A stretch of DNA of 63,080 bases, filler included, from Choristocarpus tenellus KU-1152 (taxonomy: Eukaryota; Protista; Phaeophyceae): NCBI GenBank assembly GCA_964200185.2. It is 7 parts of 7 records of this genome, joined end to end, with 100 filler letters (N's around TTAATTAATTAA, not from the genome) between each part and the next. Parts side by side here need not be neighbours in the genome. Positions count along the whole stretch, not along the records: positions 51,096 to 55,344 come from CAXNAD020015487.1; positions 55,445 to 63,080 come from CAXNAD020005836.1; 5 more parts are not named here. One strand, 5' to 3'. A program made the translations under genes and the position numbers. Under the pieces are notes generated by a model that did no database searches, had not been told where the DNA came from, and saw nothing but the letters and a program-made list of their open reading frames with translations. Below are positions 52,716 through 63,080 of this stretch, in pieces (the first letter of the stretch is position 1; every line of letters begins with the position of its first letter).

Positions 52716-52865
52716 AACGTTGACTCTCACATATTGACATTTGTCATTTACCAAACGCTTGTTCCACAAATAGGTAGCACATATCATCCCAAGGAAAATG
52801 CCATAACATCGATTCGGTCACAGGACCCCACCTCGGTACCAACACTCACTCCAACACGTACCACC

Positions 52866-53121
52866 GAGTGAAAGTATCTTAGAGGGTACGAGTTTTGCCC
52901 TATTGTCCATTTGGGGCTTGGCTTCCCATAGGAGTTTTTCTGACATTTTCCTACTCCAAAATGTTTTAGAGTAGGTAGAATGAATACGTTAAGAAAAGGT
53001 GTATCCAGAATAAAGATACTGACAAATCCTAACAAACATGATACCAAAATTACATCAAAATCGCAACATTGAATTTTGGTCCCAAATGGACGCGGCTCTA
53101 CCCTCTAAGATACTTTGGCTC
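52866..53121 (+). mobile_element. MITE family 1 copy
   Basis: Intact GAGTGAAAGTATC...GATACTTTGGCTC. Confidence 0.92.
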
Positions 53122-53746
53122 CCAATGCAGGTGGCAACTAACCCACGTGCCATCACTCAAGGAGATAGACCTCGGATTTTCCACGGAAACAGGAACAGGC
53201 GATATGTATCTGAGAAGCCAGCTGTCGAGGAAGAAGAGACAGCTCGCTGAGGGGAACATAAGTATTTTGCGGATGCAGCCATCGGAATACAATGGTATAG
53301 AGTTCTTGCCATTCACTGTCTATCGTAAGGACACAATTCAATGGAACGACAGGCACCACTCCAGCTACGGAGGGATGTTCAGTGCTGGAGATGAGGTCGT
53401 CTTTGTCACTGAAGACTTCGAGGTGCTGAGTGCTAGCTTTGTTGATGCAGTGCCAACTATTCTCATGTCACGGACGGACAGGTGAGAAACGCTTCTTATT
53501 GTTACTAAGAGAACAATGCTCCACACAAATTAATCTACGCTGTCAATATGCACATGTTGCATATCCCCTGGTATCCCTTCATATACAAATAAAATCCTCC
53601 TATAACGTCCAACCCTGACATCCAAACCAGTGTCATTTTTTTCTTCTACTCTACAACCGCAACCGTCAACTTTCACATAATATTTTGCAAGTTCCATAGG
53701 GAAAATAAGCGTATCCCATTCCTTCATTTCGCTAAGTGTATCCTCT

Positions 53747-54006
53747 GAGTGAAAGTATCTTAGAGGGTACGAGTTTTGCCCTGTTAGTTCATTTGGGGCT
53801 TGACTTCCCACAGGTTTTTATTACATTTCACCTGCTGCTCCGAAAAGTTTCGGAGAAGGTAAAATACATACACTAAGAAAAGGTGTATCCGAACAAGGAT
53901 ATTGATACTTCCTAACAAACAAGAGAGCCAAAATTACATCAGAATCACAACATTGGAATTTGGCCCTCAAATGGACATGGCTCTACCCTCTGATATACTT
54001 TGACTC
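53747..54006 (+). mobile_element. MITE family 1 copy, TSD CTCT
   Basis: GAG...CTC termini, CTCT on both flanks. Confidence 0.9.
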
Positions 54007-55275
54007 CTCTATCCTACATAAAACTCTCCATTCCTCAAAACCAAAACAAACAACACCCGTATACAACCAAACAAGGCCATCACACGCAAACACATGCCAA
54101 TAGTCCAACACACCAACACACCAACACAGCCCTTGCAACGAACATCTTTGTGGTGATGCAGGACGCACAACTGGGTCCCCGCATCATGCCCCTTTAGGCT
54201 ATATCATCATCCCGGACTTCACAGACATCCAACACAACCACCTGGACAACAACACATTCACAATTCTGCCTGTTCACTGCCAGAGGTTCACCTCAGAATC
54301 CAACCGGCAATCCCTCGGTGGGATACCTGCTTGCTTTTCCAGGCAACTCAGGCTTGGGGACACATCCGACGCCAGGTTCGGCCGAGGAACCAGCTTCATC
54401 CTATGCGCAAGTGGGGGGTCTATCATAGAGGGGAAGGTCAGCGATATTCACGTGGACGGTTCAGGGGCGTAAATTTACTCAGTGTCCTACCTTTCGAACG
54501 ATGGCGAAAAATCTTTTCCCCCTCATCTGAGGTCGTACATGACAGAGGACGAGATAGAGGAGGGTGTCGACCAACTTCGGGAGAAGAACAAGAGGGACAG
54601 TGTCGGGGCTGCAGCCCAGCGTGTCAGACAATGCTGCCAGTTGATGGTTGGCTGCCAGCGGAAGCGTAGGGACAAGGAGAAGGATACGGAGAAATATTTA
54701 CTCCTTGAACCGACACTGAGGGCTGTGCCGGATTTAGATGAGGGAGAAACACTCAATGCCGGTGCCAAGGGCAGGGGACTGTACTTCAGATGGGACGATC
54801 AGTGGATGCAAGGGACCGTGACCAAGTATCAGCCCCACTACACAGTGAAAGTTGGAGATGAACGAGTCAGCGACCCCTACGAGCTTAAATGGGAGAATGG
54901 CGACTTGCGACATATCCAGCTTTTTGTCGAACGCTACAGTATAGACCAAGGCGCTCCTACACGTGCCTGGTTCTGTACAAGTCCCACTCTGCCCCCATAC
55001 TGACAAGAGACACGACTCTGAGGAGCTACCAAGGCCAATTCCTGTTCGTGAGTCACCCTCTACTTCGCCAATCAGATACATGCCTCGACAGACATGTTGT
55101 GCTGGAGAGGTCGGACGTTCTCTAAATCAACGGACTTACACATTTGGTATTTTGGTATGTTGATTTTAATATCTTCCTGAAGAGTTTGTGTCTATGTGTC
55201 CTCATACGCATGCTTTTATTGGCCCAGTGGCAACTTAGATTTCATCTCGATTAGTGCGTTCTGCCACTATCCTCT

Positions 55276-55344
55276 GGCTCAAAGTATCTGGGAGGGGGTA
55301 GCGGCTGTCCATTTGGGGTCAATTTTTTCATGTCGCGTTTTTTG
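55276..55344 (-). mobile_element. MITE family 2 partial copy cut by contig end
   Basis: GGCTCAAAGTATCTGGGAGGGGG...GTCCATTTGGGGTCAATTTTTTCATGTCGCG is the reverse complement of the 3' end of 32770-32952. Confidence 0.8.
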
Positions 55345-55444
55345 NNNNNNNNNNNNNNNNNNNNNNNNNNNNNNNNNNNNNNNNNNNNTTAATTAATTAA
55401 NNNNNNNNNNNNNNNNNNNNNNNNNNNNNNNNNNNNNNNNNNNN

Positions 55445-55515
55445 CAACTCATGGGAAGCCAAGCTCCAAATGGACAAACAGGGCAAAACTCGTACCCTCT
55501 AAGATACTTTCACTC
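55445..55515 (-). mobile_element. MITE family 1 partial copy at contig start
   Basis: Ends ...CTCGTACCCTCTAAGATACTTTCACTC. Confidence 0.85.
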
Positions 55516-55932
55516 TAATGCAAGAATGGAAAATAACGATCGATGAATTGATTCATGCTCTGTAAGATCCGTTCATACGTTCCAGGGCGCTCAACAAGTG
55601 ACCAAAAAGTACAGGATAAGAGAAGGACATCCCCACGCTATCAATTCACGTACAATAGGAGTCACCATTCTTTCACAATCACAAGGATTGGTCCTTAGGG
55701 TTGATAATACTATCATAATCGACGATCTCTACAGTAACAATACTAGTAGTGCCGTTCAGAATTGACTTTCGTTGTGTGCGGAAAATCTCCTGATGCCTAT
55801 GCCCCGGAGCGATTCCGAATGCCTACAAAATTTGATCATGTTGTGTTGCGGGTGGCTGATGATGATAATGACCTCTATTGCGCCAGCAAGGTGCATAACA
55901 ATCAATTGTTCAACCCAACAATTCTGCATCCA

Positions 55933-56212
55933 GAGTGAACGTATCTTAGAGGGTATGGTCGCGTCCATTTGGGAGCCAAATCAAATGATGCGATTTTGAT
56001 GTAATTTTGGCTATCGTGTTTGTTAGGAAGTGTCAATATCGTTGTTCCAGAGACACCTTTCCATAGTTTTATACATGAAACCTACTCCAAAATGTACATT
56101 TTACCGATTCCGAAACATTTCGAGATAGAAAAATGTTCTTTAAAAACCGTGGGAAGTCAAGCCCGAAATGGACAAACAGGGAGAACTCGTCCCCTCAAAG
56201 ATACTTTCATTC
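55933..56212 (-). mobile_element. MITE family 1 copy, TSD TCCA
   Basis: TCCA on both flanks; small internal duplication. Confidence 0.88.
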
Positions 56213-56971
56213 TCCACCTTCTCAATCCACCTCCCCAAGCAACCTCAAACTCTACCAACTCCTACCCAGATGGTCTTTAGTTAGAGGCGTTGGAGTGCTT
56301 GCTGGCGGATACAGCTAATCACAGCTTCGATTCGAGCAATAGTTGTCCTACTAGCATACAATATTCCCTTCACCCACCAAACAGGAAAAACAAGATTATG
56401 AGCTGAGCTCTAATGGAAGCTTGGAGTTTGGTCGATGTTTTCAACTTCCGACTTTAGCAGGTTAGTGAGGACACAGTCCACCTCCATTACTCTTTCATAG
56501 CTCACTGGGGACAGGACTTGAACCAATATTCTTGGTTCTATAAATTATTGCCCTTGTGATAGAAGCCAAAATGTGTGGAGGAGTGCGACTACTGCTGCGG
56601 GTAAAACACACCTGAATTCTGTATCATTTCTTCGTTGTATGCGAATGATTGCCATTATATCCCACGATCCATCAGGAGCAGCTCTAACCAGACTGGGTAG
56701 TCGTTCCCGTCCGCTGTTATCCAGCTCAAAGTTGCGCTGGTTCAAAAATCTTTGTGTAGAAGTTCGCACAAGGCACGTGAGACCAGTATCGGCATGGTCC
56801 TTACTCAACCTGATGCACGAGGGAACCGTGTACTAAGTGTGAAAGCTGCTTTGACCTTTGGGGTTATAGAGACGTATACCGTACGATATGAAAGGCGGCA
56901 TGTGTTGTATATATCCAATACACCTTAGAAATAAATACATACCTACAAACCTTGAGATGAATGCATGCATA

Positions 56972-57030
56972 CATAATAATACATCATTCATAATACATCA
57001 TTCATAATACATCATTCAAAATACACAATA
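56972..57030. repeat. 14-bp minisatellite (CATAATACATCATT)x~3.5
   Basis: Direct tandem copies. Confidence 0.85.
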
Positions 57031-57675
57031 CATACATACAATGTGCAGCAGCACAAAAAATTAGTGTGAGGTACAACGTGTACGGCCTGTTTTGTTCAAA
57101 GAAACTTGTCATGACACAGTGTTCGTATCAGGAACTACACCAACAAGGTATAGTAGAGAAAGATGGTATCGCTGCGTAGAAGAGAGTTTTCAGCGAGAGG
57201 CACAGTTTCGACGTATCCTACAATGCACTGACCTCAGAAAAGGGGGAGCTGGCACTGTGATGGGTCATTGAAATACATTCCTGGCATGTCTGCATTTGGT
57301 AGAGCGAGAAATGTCTTTCCATTTTGGCCTTCTAGAACAGTTGGATGTCTAAATCTTATGCAAACACCAGAACGTCATCCTCTCTTGGCACACATATGTT
57401 TTAGATAAGATACTACTGAGTACCATAGTATCGGAGTATACCGTGGATCTGCTACGAATATATAGTCAATTCACCTGCCGCTTTGTTCCAAGGAGTCCTC
57501 AACCGCACGGCGTACAGATGACTGGGATGTGGTGGATGAATCGAGACCTGGTGGAGTGGTCGTTGGAGGTGAGGGAATCAAGTTAGATATCTCTCTTACT
57601 TGCCACTATATTTGAGGGGGGAGATGATCAAGAACGCCGAGTGCACTGGTGGTGTGCATAAAGTGCAGAGATTTA

Positions 57676-57931
57676 CAGTGAAATAATCTTAGAGGGTACG
57701 AGTTTTGTCCTGTTTGTCCATTTGGGGCTTGGCTTCCCATGGTTTTTTTTATGACAATTTCCTACTCCAAAATGTTTAGGAGTAGCGAAAATGTATGCCT
57801 TATGAAAAAGTGTGTCCGAAACATAGATATTGACACTTCCTAACAAACACGGTAGGCAAAATTGCATCAAAATCGCAAGATTGGATTTTGACACCCAAAT
57901 GGACGCGACTCTACCCTCTAAGATACTTTCG
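57676..57931 (+). mobile_element. MITE family 1 copy
   Basis: Full internal match, termini mutated. Confidence 0.88.
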
Positions 57932-60900
57932 AAAAAATTACTGCTGGGACGTGTAATTCTTTCAATCATAATCACATGGAAGAGACACGGTTAATATAAA
58001 TTCTTGAGTCTCATGATTGGTGTCAGAACTCAGTGTACTTCTTCCGAAATTCGGAGATACAGTCCAGTACCATCAAATAGAGTCCACTGTTGAACCATCC
58101 TCTAGTAGTGGTTCCTTAGTGTGTACTTACCCACGCCGCATGCATACCGCCCTATGTGGCATGTGACCACAACTTGCAGTTTGCACCTATGTATGGCTAT
58201 AGCATGCTTCGTCCCTAGAACTGCAATACATTCTTCAACATACAAACACATTATGTGACACATATGAGTCGATAAAGAATTTGACTTTAATCTCTTACAT
58301 TTTCCTCACACAACAAAGGTAGTACCTCGTTTCATGTTCTTCTTAAGGTGTCGCCTCCCTCTTCAGAATTGGAGTTCACACTCTACTTTAAGTGTGTGTA
58401 TCTCTATGCACAACTGGATGGGATATATTCAGAATTTATACCATCCACGAACTTCTCTACTTGGTAACAAGGCTCTACTCAGGGTATTCGATCAGTCATT
58501 TCACACAGCACATATCGCAAGATCTACCACAGTGAATTGCAACAGTTCTTCAGTGCACTGGGTCACCTCTTCGACTATAGGACATGAAGCCTCTACACAG
58601 AGAACTTCATGAAACGCAATGATTCGTGTGAAATTCAAGATTTTAACGTGTTATGAGCCTCACATGATTTGGCTTCCGCATACTCTCGCAAATATATAAC
58701 ATTTTCAGACTAGGCCATAACATCAGCTAGTCTCGACTCCTGTAGGTTTGGAGTACAAGAGAAACCAATTCATCTTGCCCCTGAACGCTGATTCGATAAG
58801 CCATTTTCTCGTCCTAGGTTCACAACAAAGAATTTATATAATTGTTCAAGCACTTTACCCATCTGCACCACAAGTGCCCCTACTTCGTCACCAATAAACA
58901 ATTGCACAAACGAAGAAATTTCGTCTATGGGATGTCTACTTTATACATAAGACAATGGCTTCTATTCTCAATTAAATTTTTGTACCGAAGGAGTCAAAAG
59001 GACGTATGTAACCATTGTGGTTATTTCTCGCGTACAACTTATTTAGGCTCCTTGCTTCTCTTTGTTAAGATTATCTTTTCCAAATTTGGAATGCGCATCT
59101 TGACGACGGCTTGCTGGGTGGTTAGAGTTGGAAGTTACTGAAGTTATAAATTAAAGCTAGAAATGGGCAGGTCACAAATGTAAAGTTGAATACATTTCTA
59201 CTAGGCCAAAACAAAGACGAGTAAAAATCAGAAACATAAACTCCTCTACTTCCAAGATGTAGAACCTATTTCTGATGCGCTTGTTTGACACGCCCGTTCT
59301 CCATTATTCTTCGGATTGATACATTAATGATTATTATTTTCACTTCAGTCTTTGGAATACCCCAACCTGTGGTCAGAGGAACTTCACACACCACTACTTC
59401 TCAAGTTGTCGTTTCGATCATCCTAACAAAACCAAAACACCACTCTCTTGGACGATACAAGCAAAATGAGAACCCTCGAAACTGGTCATTGATAGACACT
59501 AATTGCAACTCACCTCATGTATTGCACATCAAGGTAACTATTTCTTGTCCTGCATTCAACACATATTACACCATTTAGCAGCTTGTCGTACCTTACGTAA
59601 CACGTTTCCAGCACCACTCGAGGTCAGAATGCGAAATCGAACTCTTCAACATCGCATATACATGGACTCCAAAATCGTGCCCACGATCAGCTAAGGAAGA
59701 AAAGAAGGCAAGGAAATAATCATGGCGCCTTAACCTTGATACCGGAACGAAGAAGAGGCTGTTTCAATGCTATGTTTTATGTCTTTCACTCGCATTTGGA
59801 AAAAAAAAGTGTCTTGTATTGAGTGCAACTTGATATTTACGATTCAAGGGTTGAAAACGTTTTGGTGAGAAACAACAACAAAGGGACAAGTGTATTTATA
59901 CTCATTATACGATGGTGTCTAATTTTGTGACCCTTTTGAGAGATGACGTACTCAACTCCACGTGGAAGGTGGGTCAACCATCTCTACCTTGTTTCCATTC
60001 AGAACAATAGTGATGATGAAAACACTTAACAAAAAAAGTTCACTACCAACACCGACAACAATGCGTGCACTTCGCTAGAAATATATCCTCCCACAGGAAG
60101 AATCAGGGTCGGGGGTGGTCAACAACGGGTTCCTGGTGCAGAAAGTAGACCCTGTCGTACATACCAATGCTAGCAATCCGCCAAGGACAACCCTACTGTG
60201 GTTACGAAATCGTTTTTGATTTGGTCGCAAAGTGTACACAATGCAAGGATAGTAAACATTCTTTCCCCACCAATAGAAAATACTAGAATTATCAGTAATA
60301 TTATAGACCAATCAAAACCTTGTATAAATTGAGAAAAGGGCATGTTTTGAGGGATGTGTACATATATATTGATATATATATATATATACAGTTCTTGGTG
60401 TGGAACTGGAGAGGTTAAGGTAGACTGATTCTGATACAAAACCAAGAATCAAATTTGTACCAGTTGACAGAAGTACGCTGGACTCTTTCTTACGAAGATC
60501 TTGAACTACAAAAATCGTACGAAGATAGTCGAGTCGAAGAGTACTAGAGAGGTTGATATCTACAATGTAGAACCAAGGTTTTCAGCGTACAGTTTCGATA
60601 TATTCAAGTATATATTTGTCACGCATGGATGGACTACACCATCGATCTCCTGTCATATTCGTAAACAAAACCCCTTGACATTCGTGAACTCACTCACTGG
60701 CAAGTGTACTAACTCAACCGTACCGACTGTTTTTTAAATAACGACTTGACCTGGCAAGGAAGTGCGAATGTTTTCGATGTTGACTGAAGTTATCACAGAC
60801 ACAGGGCAAGCGAAAAAACACTAACCTTACTCAAGATTGATTAGATCATTTGTTGGACAGCAAATGCTACACTCACCACCATTCGGGTCGGCTTTTAGCG

Positions 60901-62620
60901 TTCCAACCACCAGCTCTATTTCCTTCTTGTCCCCAAACGCATCAACTCCAACCATAGTGTCCTCTGGTTCCACTTCCTCCGGGAAATTTCCCTTGTTGAT
61001 GGCCTTTACCGACTTTGAAATGTGATCACTCGAATTGATAGTGGAGCCGAACCTTCCACTTTGCTGTTTGCACGACTTGTTTAGAGCGAGCCTCTCAGAC
61101 ATTGCTGAGGTAAGGGTGAAGCGATGCCCTGGCCAGTTAACGTCCGTCGTGATAGGCAACTCGATTGATGCCTTACCCTGCTTGTTTTCGAAATTTTGGT
61201 TATTCTGGTTAGTAGTTGGTAATCGTCGGGTGCAGTGTATGTGCCCGGATTCTGCACAGGTACAATCTTGGGAGCGTTTAGTGAGATAGGAGGCTGAATG
61301 TGACAAGGAAGTATTGTTTGTTCTTGCATGAACATCCTGAGAACGTTGCTATCTACTACTCCTAACTGAGGATACCTACCATCGAAGCGCTTGATATTCC
61401 CGTGTTTCGGAGCTTTGTTTCGAGTTTCTTGTCCTCAGATGAAGGTCCTCCATTTGGATGCCTTGTGTGGGTATCAGGACCGGACTTTGCTGCCTCCGTA
61501 ATAGTTGGAATGTGAGCTGAGCAGGTGGTGAATGGGTGTGGCATCTCCCCCCTCCACCTGCAGGTGGACAAGTATGATCGACGGCCGTGGAAAGGTTAGG
61601 GATGTGGAAAGAGCAGGGGCGACGGACAATGGCTCTGTCACATATTCGCATACCAAGAATACCAAGGGTGTGTGTGTCTATCGTATACGAAACGAATATT
61701 GTTTCTAGCAACCTAGTGTCAAAACATTCGGCATTGTTGTTGCAAGGTCAGGTAAGAGGCCATGCATCTTGTACACCGTAGAGTCTCTTGTCACGTACAG
61801 CATGAAAGATCAGTAGATACTACTCTAGTGGAAAAAATCATCAATCTTTCAACACCATGCGAACAAACTTGCAAAAGACTCACGATTGGGGATAAACACC
61901 AACAGGGTAGTAGAAGCTCAGTGCTATGGGTGTTACTGAACCAATGGGGGACTATATAGTGCCCCAGTGTACATGCCACCTCCCTAGAAGAGTTGAGCAA
62001 ACGTACATCTATGACACTTCGGAGAGATATAGAGTAGCAGCCCTAGCACGACAAATTGAATTCTCGGTGTGGATTAGAACAGGGTGGCTGGTCGCACCTT
62101 CGTTTTTCGCATCGGGGATCATCACTCCTGAGCCAGTAGATATCGCAGATTCTTTTGGGAATAGAGGTCTGCTTCCACAGCATCAGCATGTAGTTCTCGT
62201 CCAGTGTAATGCAAATAGCCTCTTGTGATTTCATCCTGCTGATAGGTTTGCGGAATGGAGTGGGTACCTCAGGAAATCTGCTACATCGGTGTGGCTCGCA
62301 CTCTCCTCATTGCAATTGTCACAATCTCAACTCAAGTGTCCCTTTCACTGCCCCAGCCCTACAAGATCTGCTTATGGCTCTTTTCACGTTAGTTTAGTTT
62401 GAACCACGGGAATGCATCCCCGTCTCTGAGTCTGGTGAGCCTAGTATAAGCTCAGAGCAACATTGCAACCATTGGCGCACACCGATCATCAATATTGGGC
62501 AATGGCAATGTATCTCATATCCAATGAATCTATATTCCTCCAAGAAATTGTGTGCATTCAGTCCACCTCAGGTTCACACCTTCAATATCACAACAAAGAG
62601 AGCTCTGAGGATTGCCAGAC

Positions 62621-62752
62621 ACAACAGAAATATTATGTCGTGGTGGTATTGGTCAGGAGGAGCAGCAGATTGATGTTTCTACAACAGAAATATTGTGTTG
62701 TGATGGTACTGAACAGGAGGAGCAGCAGACTGTTGTTCCTACAAAAGAATGT
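62621..62752 (+). repeat. 60-bp tandem duplication (x2.2)
   Basis: ACAACAGAAATATT.TGT.GTG.TGGTA.TG..CAGGAGGAGCAGCAGA.TG.TGTT.CT repeated; reads TTEILC..G..QEEQQ in one frame. Confidence 0.85.
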
Positions 62753-63080
62753 TGCCCCGCTATTTTCGATAGGGCACCTACTCTACATTGGGATTGCATC
62801 GGTTCACGGTACATGTTCAGTTCCTGGGCCTAGCAGGTAACCTGGATCTAGACTCTTGACTAAACGAAGAAGAGTACTGAGTTAGGTACGTTTAACAAAA
62901 TGACATTGATCGTTCAAGTCCTTCACGATATGCAGGTCAAATGACATATCATATATCCAGTCAATACTATTTTTAATTTCCGACAACACACACGAAACTT
63001 AGTCGATGGAGGTTGGGCACTATCGCATGACAGATCTTGCCCAAGAGCCAACCGCTCAGAACACCACCCGTGGGTGCAGA

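Larger units (their letters stand above)
51181..52790 (+). repeat. ~355-bp tandem repeat (about 3 units), units 2 and 3 each carrying a MITE
   Basis: Units start GTAG(G)CACA at ~51181, ~51539, ~52156 and ~52773; shared internal blocks such as TGTCACATCCGTG.CT.CCCTTCAC.TCGACA and CACTTCTCAAT.GACCGCA. Confidence 0.85.
51096..55003 (+). pseudogene. Fragmentary multi-exon gene (or TE-borne gene) with C-terminal Tudor-like segments
   Basis: Exon-like pieces 51096-51180, ~52794-52857, 53131-53482 (ends AG|GTGAG) and ~54300-55003 (GKVSDIHVDGSGA*IYSVSY...MTEDEI; GRGLYFRWDDQWMQGTVTKY...YELKWENGD...YSID...AWF). One in-frame stop near 54470. Confidence 0.4.

Noticed and set aside
13796-57931. Many 60-130-aa ORFs sharing YPLRYF / DFGPQMD / GKPSPKWT peptides, looking like a gene family
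   Set aside because: They are chance translations of the MITE in different frames and strands

Overview
Intron-rich eukaryotic DNA, most consistent with a brown alga or related stramenopile (inferred from gene style and repeat types, not proven). The window is a concatenation of 7 contigs joined by artificial N..TTAATTAATTAA..N spacers, so adjacency across spacers means nothing. It contains: (1) a large multi-exon minus-strand gene of unknown function with an N-terminal coiled coil and a ~3-kb exon carrying repeated RRSxR motifs; (2) a decayed, intron-containing DNCxxENKN/GxTHxxIDQxFS (DUF7869/Sola-like) transposase gene; (3) the middle of a flotillin gene, including a 17-nt micro-exon; (4) a decayed chromodomain-bearing Ty3/Gypsy element; (5) a 12-exon secreted Pmp-like (FxxN/GGA) beta-helix protein built one repeat per symmetric phase-2 exon; (6) an intronless 23-repeat PPR gene; (7) fragments of a gene with Tudor-like segments. 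About 18 copies of two related MITE families are scattered through the window; several have exact 4-bp TSDs and the larger family has GAG..CTC termini (Sola2-like signature). A retroposed-looking tRNA-Ser 3' half with CCA sits between 17-bp direct repeats.
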